Shown in pieces: positions 35,141 to 43,320 of a DNA stretch of 64,000 bases. How positions within the stretch are numbered: the first letter of the stretch is position 1; each line of letters opens with the position of its first letter. The stretch is from NCBI GenBank assembly GCA_945869305.1, contig CAMBOH010000002.1, positions 698-64,697 of the forward strand, read 5' to 3'. The DNA comes from an uncultured bacterium (GTDB lineage: Bacteria > Bacteroidota > Bacteroidia > Bacteroidales > Bacteroidaceae). A program made the translations under genes and the position numbers. Below the pieces are notes generated by a model. That model had not been told where the DNA came from, ran no database searches, and was given only the letters and a program-made list of their open reading frames with translations.

Positions 35141-37486
35141 TCAGCTGCGCGCAGAGGCCCGCCGGGACTTGGCCGGCTTTTTCTGTTCGGCCTCAATGAG
35201 CTGCATGCACTCCTGCAGGGTCAGCTCGGCCGCGCGGTCGGCATCCTTCTTGGGTATCTTGTAGTTCTTTCCGTCGTAGGCGATGTAGGGTCCCCAGCGT
35301 CCGGCACGGATTTCGAGCTTCGGGTCTTCGGCGAACCGCTTGAGGTGGCTGCGCTCTTCGGCCTCACGCTTTTCGCGGATGAGCTCTACGGCGCGGTCGA
35401 GGGTGATGTCGAGCGGGTCTTCGCCCTTGGGGATGGAGACGAAGAGCTTGCCGAGCTGCACGTAGGGCCCGAAGCGTCCGGTGTTGGCCTTGACGGCCTG
35501 GCCCTCGAATTCTCCCAGCGTGCGGGGGAGCTTGAACAGTTCGAGCGCTTCTTCCAGGGTCAGTGTCTCGATGCGCTGGCCTGCGGCGAGGTTGGCGAAG
35601 AGGGGCTTTTCGCTGTCGGTGGGCAGACCTATCTGAACCACCGGACCGAAACGGCCTATCTTGACGCTTACGGGGCGGCCCGACTTCGGGTCAACGCCCA
35701 GCTCACGTTCGCCCACGCGGCGCTCGAGCTTCTGGTTCAGGGTGCGCTCCACCTGCGGCTCGAAGTCGCGGTAGAAGTCGCTGAGCATCTGCGTCCAGTC
35801 CTTCTTGCCCTCGGCCACCTCGTCGAACTCCTTCTCCACATTGGCCGTGAAGTGGTAGTCCATGATTTCGGGGAAGCACTCCATCAGGAAGTCGTTGACC
35901 ACGAGGCCCGTGTCGGTGGGCACGAGCTTGCCGCGGTCGCCACCCACGCTCTCGCTGCGCTCCTCGTCGAGCAGTTCATCGCCGCGCAGGGCAATCTGCA
36001 CAAAGCTGCGCTGGACACCGTCGTGCTCGCCGCGCTCCACGTATTCGCGCTGCTGGATGGTCGATATGGTGGGGGCGTAGGTCGACGGGCGGCCTATGCC
36101 CAGCTCTTCGAGTTTGTGTACGAGCGATGCCTCAGTATATCGTGCCGGCGGCTGGGTGAACCGCTGCTGTGCCACGAGTTCGGCACGCTGCAGCTGCTGT
36201 CCCTCGGCGAGCGGCGGCAGGAGGCCGCTGTCGGCGGCATGGCTCGGTGCGGCCTCATCGTCGCCCCGGCTCTCGCGGTATACACGGAGGAAACCGTCGA
36301 AGCGCACCACCTCGCCCGTAGCCTGAAAGCTCTCTTCGCGGCCGCTCACGGAAATGTTCACCGTGGTACGCTCCAACTGTGCGTCGGCCATCTGGCAAGC
36401 CAGCGTGCGCTTCCATACCAGCTCGTAGAGACGCTGCTCCTGGGCCGTGCCGCTGATGTGCTGGCGGCTCATGTCGGTGGGACGAATGGCCTCGTGGGCT
36501 TCCTGTGCACCCTTCGAATGGGTGTGGTACGTGCGGCGCTGGTGGTAGTTCTCGCCCATCAGCTCAGCTATCACGGGCTTGCAGCTGTTCAGGCAGAGGT
36601 CGGAGAGGTTCATCGAGTCGGTACGCATGTAGGTAATCAGACCCGACTCATACAGGCTCTGGGCCACGCGCATGGTGAGCGCGACGGGGAATCCGAGCTT
36701 GCGGGCTGCCTCCTGCTGCAGTGTACTGGTGGTGAAGGGAGGTGCCGGTGTGCGCTTGGACGGCCGGGTGGCCACGCTGTCGATGCAGAACTCGGCCTGG
36801 CGGCAATGCTGCAGGAAACTCCGGGCTTCGGCCTCGGTGGCGAAACGCTTGTTCAGCTCTGCCTTCAGGGGCACCGTACTGCCCGCCTCGGGCACGTCGA
36901 ACACTGCCGTCACGCGGTAGGAGGCTTCGGGCTCAAAGCGTTCGATTTCGCGCTCGCGCTCTACAATCAGGCGAACGGCCACACTCTGCACACGGCCGGC
37001 CGAGAGGTTGGGCCTGACCCTGCGCCACAAGACGGGCGAAAGCTTGAATCCCACCAGCCGGTCGAGCACGCGGCGGGCCTGCTGGGCATCGACCAGATGG
37101 AGGTCGATGTGGCGCGGATGTTCGATGGCTGCCATGATGGCCGGCTTGGTGATTTCGTGAAACACGATGCGGCGGGTCAGCTTGGGGTCAAGCCCCAGCA
37201 CCTCGGCCAAGTGCCACGATATGGCCTCTCCTTCGCGGTCCTCATCGGATGCCAGCCACACTGCCTCCGACTTTTTGGCCTGGGCACGCAGTTCACTCAC
37301 CACGTGCTTCTTGTCGGCCGGTATTTCGTATTGCGGCTTGAACGTGTCGAGGTCAACGCCAAAGTTCTTCTTCTTCAGGTCGCGGATGTGTCCGTAGCTG
37401 GACATCACCTTGAAGTCTGCGCCCAGAAACTTTTCGATTGTTTTCGCTTTGGCCGGCGACTCGACAATGACTAAGTTCTTTTGCAT
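35141..37486 (-). CDS. topA: DNA topoisomerase I
   Basis: IVESPAKAKTI, DEDREGE, SAGRVQ, ITYMRTDS and GIGRPSTY; GRFGP C-terminal repeats. Confidence 0.97.
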   Translation of the reverse strand: MQKNLVIVESPAKAKTIEKFLGADFKVMSSYGHIRDLKKKNFGVDLDTFKPQYEIPADKKHVVSELRAQAKKSEAVWLASDEDREGEAISWHLAEVLGLDPKLTRRIVFHEITKPAIMAAIEHPRHIDLHLVDAQQARRVLDRLVGFKLSPVLWRRVRPNLSAGRVQSVAVRLIVEREREIERFEPEASYRVTAVFDVPEAGSTVPLKAELNKRFATEAEARSFLQHCRQAEFCIDSVATRPSKRTPAPPFTTSTLQQEAARKLGFPVALTMRVAQSLYESGLITYMRTDSMNLSDLCLNSCKPVIAELMGENYHQRRTYHTHSKGAQEAHEAIRPTDMSRQHISGTAQEQRLYELVWKRTLACQMADAQLERTTVNISVSGREESFQATGEVVRFDGFLRVYRESRGDDEAAPSHAADSGLLPPLAEGQQLQRAELVAQQRFTQPPARYTEASLVHKLEELGIGRPSTYAPTISTIQQREYVERGEHDGVQRSFVQIALRGDELLDEERSESVGGDRGKLVPTDTGLVVNDFLMECFPEIMDYHFTANVEKEFDEVAEGKKDWTQMLSDFYRDFEPQVERTLNQKLERRVGERELGVDPKSGRPVSVKIGRFGPVVQIGLPTDSEKPLFANLAAGQRIETLTLEEALELFKLPRTLGEFEGQAVKANTGRFGPYVQLGKLFVSIPKGEDPLDITLDRAVELIREKREAEERSHLKRFAEDPKLEIRAGRWGPYIAYDGKNYKIPKKDADRAAELTLQECMQLIEAEQKKPAKSRRASARS

Positions 37487-37578
37487 AAGTGCGATTGGAT
37501 ATGTTTCGTATGACTGACCACCGTGCGGGGAGGCCGATTGGGCTGCACAACCTCACGCCGGGGGCGTGGTGGCTCAAA

Positions 37579-37766
37579 GAAGATATACCTCGTCGGCAAA
37601 GCAAGATATACTGACTTGGCGATAAAAGATATACTTCATTGGCGACAGAAGATATACTTCATCGGCGATAGAAGATATACTTCATTGGCGACAGAAGATA
37701 TACTTCTCTGAAAAAGAAGATATACTTCATCGGCACAACAAGATATACTTCACTGAGGCGGAAGAT
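37579..37766. repeat. Array of eight 23-bp units with a GAAGATATACTTC core
   Basis: AAGATATAC at 37580, 37603, 37626, 37649, 37672, 37695, 37717 and 37740. Confidence 0.92.
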
Positions 37767-37868
37767 TCAGGTTCGCAAGTGTGCAACACGCGCTCTGCCG
37801 GGCGCAGCCCATCTGATGTAAGGGGTGTACAGGCCAGCGCGGGGCAAACCTGCACAATCTTTGAGCTG

Positions 37869-37876
37869 CAAAAGTA
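37869..37876 (-). promoter_or_regulatory. -7 element of the probable topA promoter
   Basis: TACTTTTG on the minus strand, downstream of the rpsT terminator. Confidence 0.6.
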
Positions 37877-37994
37877 GAAAAAAAATTGAAAAGAGGTGGC
37901 AAAGAGCCTTTTTCTGACTTCTTTCAACCCGCTTTCCTGAACGGCAGCTGCGATTCCCGAACTGCATCCCTTCGTTTGGCAGACGGAAAAGGAC

Positions 37995-38030
37995 AAAAAA
38001 AGACCCTTCACTGCGTTGGCAATGAAGGGT
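37995..38030 (-). terminator. Intrinsic terminator of tRNA-Glu/rpsT
   Basis: Minus strand ACCCTTCATTGC-caac-GCAGTGAAGGGT followed by CTTTTTTT. Confidence 0.85.
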
Positions 38031-38050
38031 TAGCTTAACCGGAGCGTAAA

Positions 38051-38305
38051 TCAAGCGAGCTTGTTGACGTGCAACATGACGCTGCTCTTGATGTTTGCTG
38101 CCTTATTCTTGTGAATAATGTTAGTCTTAGCAAGCTTGTCAAGCATCTTCTGCACCTTCGGCAGAAGCTCTACTGCAGCTGCTTTGTCAGTCGTAGCGCG
38201 GAGCTTACGTACTGCATTACGCATTGTCTTAGCGTAGTATCTGTTGTGCAGTCTGCGGGACGCCGTCTGACGAATTCTCTTTACAGATGATTTGTGGTTT
38301 GCCAT
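38051..38305 (-). CDS. rpsT: 30S ribosomal protein bS20
   Basis: [13 protein letters not shown]...[11 protein letters not shown]. Confidence 0.97.
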   Translation of the reverse strand: MANHKSSVKRIRQTASRRLHNRYYAKTMRNAVRKLRATTDKAAAVELLPKVQKMLDKLAKTNIIHKNKAANIKSSVMLHVNKLA

Positions 38306-38328
38306 TTTAAATTATTCCTTTTTATTTG

Positions 38329-38400
38329 TAGTCCCTAGGAGAGTCGAACTCCTCTTTAGAGAATGAAAATCTCTCGTCCTAACCGATAGACGAAGGGACC
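38329..38400 (-). tRNA. tRNA-Glu (TTC)
   Basis: GGTCCCTTCGTCTATCGGTTAGGACGAGAGATTTTCATTCTCTAAAGAGGAGTTCGACTCTCCTAGGGACTA folds as a cloverleaf with anticodon TTC and T-loop GTTCGAC; TACTTTTG promoter at 38452-38445. Confidence 0.96.
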
Positions 38401-38691
38401 AGCCTTTTCAGCATCTCACTGCCTTTCGGCCTGATTTGCGAGTGCAAAAGTAGAACATCTTTTGATACCAGCAAAGCCTTTCGCCGTTTTTTTTGAAAAA
38501 AAGTGCGTTTCGAGCCGTTTTACGCCCGAAAAGAGGGCTTCAAGGGGGCAAAAGGCGGCTTTCGGCGTGCTTCGGACGGACTTGGGTCCTGATGGGCGGG
38601 AGCGGCATGCCGAGCGCGCCGAAGGGGCTACACGACGAGCAGACACACGACAAAGAGACAGTCAATGCCATGGTGCACTTCGACAAGCAGG

Positions 38692-39543
38692 CTACACGAC
38701 GAGCAGACACACGAGAAAGAGATAGATAGCCCCGATATAGAACAGCAGGAAAAGGACCGTGAGCAGCAGGTTACACCAAAGGAAGCGCAACAGCTTCATG
38801 TCGAACATCTGCCAGAGAGTGACGAGAAAGAGCGGAATGACCACCATATAGCCCACCGTGGCTACGGGCAACATGCCATAGATGCCGATGAAGGGGAGCG
38901 AAAGGAGGTTGACGGCCATGTTCTGGCAGCCTACGTAGGCCATGGCCGTAGCGGCTTCGGAGAGGTTGAGCGGCTGGTTGCGGTACTGTCCCTGGCGGCT
39001 GAAGACGATCCAGAAAGGCAGGGTCATGACGAAGATGAGCAGAAGGTTGAAAGTACCGAAGTTTCCGTAGATGGTATCCATCATTTCCTCGGTGGCCTGC
39101 CGGGTTGCGGCCTGCTCCTGTTCGGACTGCACCATGTCCTGGCCTAACGACGTGCCGAACTCTGATGCCGAAGCCTGGATGTCGGTGCTGACAAGGGAAT
39201 TGTTGAACAGTATGAAGATGGCGGCCAGCAGCAGGAGGCACCGGAAGGGGTTGAGATAGTGCTGGCGCTTGCCGGCCAGGTAGTCGCGGATGAGGTAGCC
39301 CGGACGGTAGAAGAGTTCGATGAGCGTACGCGGCAACGTGCCTTGCAGGCCGATGCCTGTCATGACGAAGGTGCGCCAGAAGCTGTGCCAGCTGATGCGG
39401 CGGGTGTCGTGGCTCTGTCCGCAATGGGGGCAGTAGGCTCCTTCGAAGTCGTTTGCGCAGTTGAGGCAATGCTGTACACCCTCGGGCTCTACGATGCGCT
39501 TGCGCGTGAGGGTGCCTTGGCGTATTTTCTCGATGAATGTCAT
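38692..39543 (-). CDS. DUF3667-domain membrane protein
   Basis: CLNC..FEGAYCPHCGQ zinc ribbon, RPGYLIRDYLAGKRQHYLNPF, and TM helices. Confidence 0.85.
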   Translation of the reverse strand: MTFIEKIRQGTLTRKRIVEPEGVQHCLNCANDFEGAYCPHCGQSHDTRRISWHSFWRTFVMTGIGLQGTLPRTLIELFYRPGYLIRDYLAGKRQHYLNPFRCLLLLAAIFILFNNSLVSTDIQASASEFGTSLGQDMVQSEQEQAATRQATEEMMDTIYGNFGTFNLLLIFVMTLPFWIVFSRQGQYRNQPLNLSEAATAMAYVGCQNMAVNLLSLPFIGIYGMLPVATVGYMVVIPLFLVTLWQMFDMKLLRFLWCNLLLTVLFLLFYIGAIYLFLVCLLVV

Positions 39544-39632
39544 GTGGATATAAGTTAGAGGTAACTGACAGGACGCGCGTTAGGCAGGATTTCCTTACTT
39601 TTGCATCAGAACAACGCACTTCCCGACCTTTC

Positions 39633-40349
39633 ATGAAATCGAAAGCTTTGGTGCTCCGCACCGTGAAATATAACGACACTTCGTTTATCGCCCACCTGCT
39701 CACCGAGCAGTGTGGCTGCATAGGCATGATGGTCCACACAAGCCGCTCGAAGCGGGCGGCCGTACGGCACACGCTGTTCCAGCCCTTGAGCGTGCTCGAC
39801 CTGGAATGGGACGAACGGCCCCGGGCCTCCCTTCAGCGTCCCAAGCAGGCGGCCGTGGCCCTGCCCTTCACCACCCTGCCCTACGACCCGCACAAGTCGG
39901 CCATGGCCCTGTTCCTGGCTGAGTTTCTCTATTACGCCCTGAAGGGCGACTCCGACAGTGGTGCGGTCTTTGCCTACGTGGTGCGTTCGATGGAGTGGCT
40001 CGACACGTGTCCCAAGGGCTATGCGAACTTCCACCTGGTGTTTCTGCTGCGGCTGACGCGCCTGCTCGGCTTTATGCCCAACCTCGACGAGGCCCGCGGT
40101 GACTGCTGCTTTGACCTGCGTAGCGGCTGCTTCACGCCGTCGGTGCCCCTGCACGGCGACTATCTGCCGGCTGCCGACGCGGCCCTGCTGCCCAAGCTCA
40201 TGCGCATGCGCTACGACAACATGCACGTGTTCAAGTTCAACGGCAGCGAGCGTGCCCGCCTGCTGGAGCGCATCAACCTCTACTACAGCCTCCACCTGCC
40301 GGGCTTTCCCGAGCTGAAGTCGCTGGCTGTGCTGAAGGAGCTGTTCTGA
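39633..40349 (+). CDS. recO: DNA repair protein RecO
   Basis: ALVLRTVKYND, LFQPLSVL, NFHLVFL..LGF.P and LKSLAVLKELF; TACTTTTG at 39596. Confidence 0.93.
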   Translation: MKSKALVLRTVKYNDTSFIAHLLTEQCGCIGMMVHTSRSKRAAVRHTLFQPLSVLDLEWDERPRASLQRPKQAAVALPFTTLPYDPHKSAMALFLAEFLYYALKGDSDSGAVFAYVVRSMEWLDTCPKGYANFHLVFLLRLTRLLGFMPNLDEARGDCCFDLRSGCFTPSVPLHGDYLPAADAALLPKLMRMRYDNMHVFKFNGSERARLLERINLYYSLHLPGFPELKSLAVLKELF

Positions 40350-40374
40350 GCGCGCAGGCGCAGCGCGGGTGTGT

Positions 40375-41550
40375 TCAATCCCTCACTTGTCCGTCTCCTT
40401 CGACAAGCCACTTGTAGGTGGTTATCTCCTCCAGTCCCATAGGTCCGCGCGGGCCCAGTTTCTGGGTGCTGATGCCTATCTCCGCTCCCAGTCCGAACTG
40501 TGCCCCGTCGGTGAAACTCGTCGGGGCATTCACGTAGACGCATGCGGCATCGACCATCTGCTGGAACCTGCGGGCGTTGGCCTCGTTCTCCGTGATGATG
40601 CACTCGCTGTGCCCGGAGTCGTACGTGGCAATGTGGTCAAGAGCCTCGTCCAGGGAGTCCACCACCTTGACAGACAGCTTGTAGTCCATGAACTCCACGC
40701 CATAATCGCCATAAATGATTTCCACTCCCTTTTTCCTCACCGGTTCGAGCAGGACATCGAGCTCGTCAAGGCGTGAGCGGTGGATGAGGAGGCAGTCGAG
40801 GGCGTTGCAGACGCTGACACGGCGGGTCTTGGCGTTGTCGATGATGCGGCGGCCTTTCTCTATGTCGCCGAACTGGTCGAAATAAGCACTCACGACACCC
40901 GCACCGGTCTCTATGACAGGTATCCTGGCATTGTCGCGCACGAAGTCGATGAGTCGTCTGCCACCCCGCGGAATGCAGACATCGATGTAGCCCACGGCAT
41001 GGAGCATCTGGGCCGTTGCCTCGTGGGTGGCCGGAAGCAGGGCGACGATGTCGGCAGGAACACCATGTCGGGCAAGCACCTCGTGTATGAGCGCCACTTC
41101 CTCACGGTTACTGCAATCGGCATCCTTCCCACCCTTCAGCACGCAGGCGTTCCCGCTCTTGAAGCAAAGCGAAAACACGTCGAAGGTCACGTTGGGGCGT
41201 GCTTCGTAAATCATGCCTATCACCCCGAAAGGAACGCTGACACGCTTCAGCCGGAGTCCGTTGGGCAGCGTTGTCTCCTTCAGTATGCGACCCAATGGCG
41301 ACGGCAGGCGGCTTACGTTTCGCATGTCAGATGCGATGTCGTCGAGCCGCTTTTCGGTCAGCTGCAAGCGGTCGTAGAGTGGATTCTTCGGGTCCATCTT
41401 CGCCAGGTCGGCGGCATTGGCTGCCAGTATGCGCTGCTTGTTGCCGGCGATAGCATCGGCAACGGCAAGCAACACCTCGTTGCGCTTTTCGTCTGGGATA
41501 GTAGCCAGAAAGCGGCTGGCCTCTTTTACTCTTTTGAATGTCTCTTCCAT
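40375..41550 (-). CDS. proA: Gamma-glutamyl phosphate reductase
   Basis: [18 protein letters not shown] and [25 protein letters not shown]. Confidence 0.95.
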   Translation of the reverse strand: MEETFKRVKEASRFLATIPDEKRNEVLLAVADAIAGNKQRILAANAADLAKMDPKNPLYDRLQLTEKRLDDIASDMRNVSRLPSPLGRILKETTLPNGLRLKRVSVPFGVIGMIYEARPNVTFDVFSLCFKSGNACVLKGGKDADCSNREEVALIHEVLARHGVPADIVALLPATHEATAQMLHAVGYIDVCIPRGGRRLIDFVRDNARIPVIETGAGVVSAYFDQFGDIEKGRRIIDNAKTRRVSVCNALDCLLIHRSRLDELDVLLEPVRKKGVEIIYGDYGVEFMDYKLSVKVVDSLDEALDHIATYDSGHSECIITENEANARRFQQMVDAACVYVNAPTSFTDGAQFGLGAEIGISTQKLGPRGPMGLEEITTYKWLVEGDGQVRD

Positions 41551-41611
41551 TTTGTTCTTTATGCCACCTTTGCTTTCGCAGTGGGCACGTGGGCCGGTCT
41601 GTTGTTCTTTT

Positions 41612-42376
41612 CTACTCAACGATGAAAGCGGTGTGGGGCGTGGTGGCCGGAGAAGTGACCAGGTCAATGAGGATGTCCTCACGCTCTCCATTGGCTATAA
41701 TCACCTTGATGCCCGACTGCTGCACCCGCTGGGCGGTCGTATACTTCGAGCGCATGCCACCCCGCCCAAAGGCGCTCTTCTCCGGCTGTATGTATGCGTC
41801 AAGGTCGCATCCGGGTGCCACCTGCGGAATGAGCCGCGAGCCGGGCGCATCAGGATGGCCAGTAAAGATGCCATCGATGTTGCTCAAGAGGATGAGCATG
41901 TCGGCGTGCATCATCTGTGCAATCAGTCCGCTCAACTCATCGTTGTCCGTGAACATCAGCTCGGTGACGCTCACGGTGTCGTTCTCGTTGACGATGGGCA
42001 AGACACCGTTTTCAAGCATCACCCTCATGCAGGCTTTCTGGTTGTCGAACTGTTCGCCCGGCTGGAAGTTTTCCTTCATGGTCAGAATCTGGCCTATGTG
42101 CATGTGGTGCTCGCGGAAGAGGTCGTAGTAAAGCCCGATGAGCTTCACCTGGCCGAGCGCGGAGAAGAGCTGCCGCTGTTCGACGGTGTCGAGGTCGTGA
42201 GCGACCTTCAGCTCGCGCCGTCCGCAAGCCACAGCGCCAGACGAAACGAGAATGACCTCGTGTCCCTGCTGCTTCAGCCAGGCTATCTGGTCGATGATGG
42301 CCGACATCCTGGTGATGTCGAGGTGTCCGTCCTTTCTTGTGAGCACATTGCTGCCCACCTTGATAACGATTCTCAT
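41612..42376 (-). CDS. proB: Glutamate 5-kinase (no PUA domain)
   Basis: [26 protein letters not shown] and GRGGMRSK. Confidence 0.95.
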   Translation of the reverse strand: MRIVIKVGSNVLTRKDGHLDITRMSAIIDQIAWLKQQGHEVILVSSGAVACGRRELKVAHDLDTVEQRQLFSALGQVKLIGLYYDLFREHHMHIGQILTMKENFQPGEQFDNQKACMRVMLENGVLPIVNENDTVSVTELMFTDNDELSGLIAQMMHADMLILLSNIDGIFTGHPDAPGSRLIPQVAPGCDLDAYIQPEKSAFGRGGMRSKYTTAQRVQQSGIKVIIANGEREDILIDLVTSPATTPHTAFIVE

Positions 42377-42420
42377 AACATTCCTCTCTTTTTCTGGTCT
42401 CCATTCCCAGCGGGATGCCC

Positions 42421-43212
42421 TTAACAGGACAGCCCGGCCTTCAAGCCCCGGATGACTGCGCTGGTAAATCCTGCGTGCTCCATTTCGTTCAGCCCGCGGA
42501 TGGTCACGCCTCCAGGTGTCGTCACTCTGTCAATCTCAGCCTCGGGATGGTTGCCCGTAGCCTGCAACAGTTCCACGGCACCCTTCACCGTTTGCAGCAC
42601 GATGTTCTTCGCATCGTCTGCCTTGAAGCCGATCTCCACGCCGCCTTCTGCAGCGGCACGCACATAGCGCATGGCGTAGGCGATGCCGCAAGAGGCGAGG
42701 GTCGTTCCCGCGGCAAGATGCTTTTCGTCGACAACCAGCACCTCACCCATACTGCCATACATCTCGCTAATGAGCCGGGTATGCTCGGGCGAGGCATTGG
42801 CCGGAACGATGAATGTCATGGAGCTGAGCAGGGCAATGGCAATGTTGGGAATGACCAGGAAGAATGGAATCATGTCCTCGCCTTCCTGATGCAGCCACTC
42901 CTTTATCTGTGCTGACGAAACGCCCGCAGCCACGACCACGAGCACCTGCTTCTTATAGTCGAGCGATGCCTTAATTTCCTTGAGCACTGGCTCGACGAGC
43001 CAAGGCTTTACCACTACATTCACGATGTCTGCCGCCTCGGCGGCAAGCTTGTTGTCGGTGGTGACGGTGACACCCGACACAGCAAACTGCCCAACCGCCT
43101 GCTGCGAGGGGTCGGCCACCGTGATGTCGGAGTTCTCTATGAAACTTCCTTTCAGCAGGCCCCGTACAATGGCACCGCCCATTGCGCCTGCTCCGATAAC
43201 TGAAATTCTCAT
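42421..43212 (-). CDS. proC: Pyrroline-5-carboxylate reductase
   Basis: IGAGAMG, VVKP and VTTPGGVTI.GL. Confidence 0.95.
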   Translation of the reverse strand: MRISVIGAGAMGGAIVRGLLKGSFIENSDITVADPSQQAVGQFAVSGVTVTTDNKLAAEAADIVNVVVKPWLVEPVLKEIKASLDYKKQVLVVVAAGVSSAQIKEWLHQEGEDMIPFFLVIPNIAIALLSSMTFIVPANASPEHTRLISEMYGSMGEVLVVDEKHLAAGTTLASCGIAYAMRYVRAAAEGGVEIGFKADDAKNIVLQTVKGAVELLQATGNHPEAEIDRVTTPGGVTIRGLNEMEHAGFTSAVIRGLKAGLSC

Positions 43213-43320
43213 AAGGTTGTTGTGTGCGCCGTCTACGGCCGTAGCGGCTTGGGGTGGTTGGATGTCTGTTCCTCGCGACCGGTTTTACAAACGAAAGGGC
43301 TCCCGCCCTTGGGCAAGGGT

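Noticed and set aside
37579-37766. CRISPR array or short ORF 37523..37711
   Set aside because: The core (about 13 bp) and linkers (about 10 bp, mutually similar) are too short; the ORF is just translated repeat.
38329-38400. tRNA-Glu as an island integration site
   Set aside because: No duplicated tRNA 3' end and no integrase; rpsT follows directly.
38626-38725. DGR template/variable repeat pair
   Set aside because: Too short, mismatches are not confined to adenines, and no reverse transcriptase is present.
41612-42376. Truncated proB pseudogene
   Set aside because: PUA-less glutamate 5-kinases are a known functional form, and the kinase motifs are intact.
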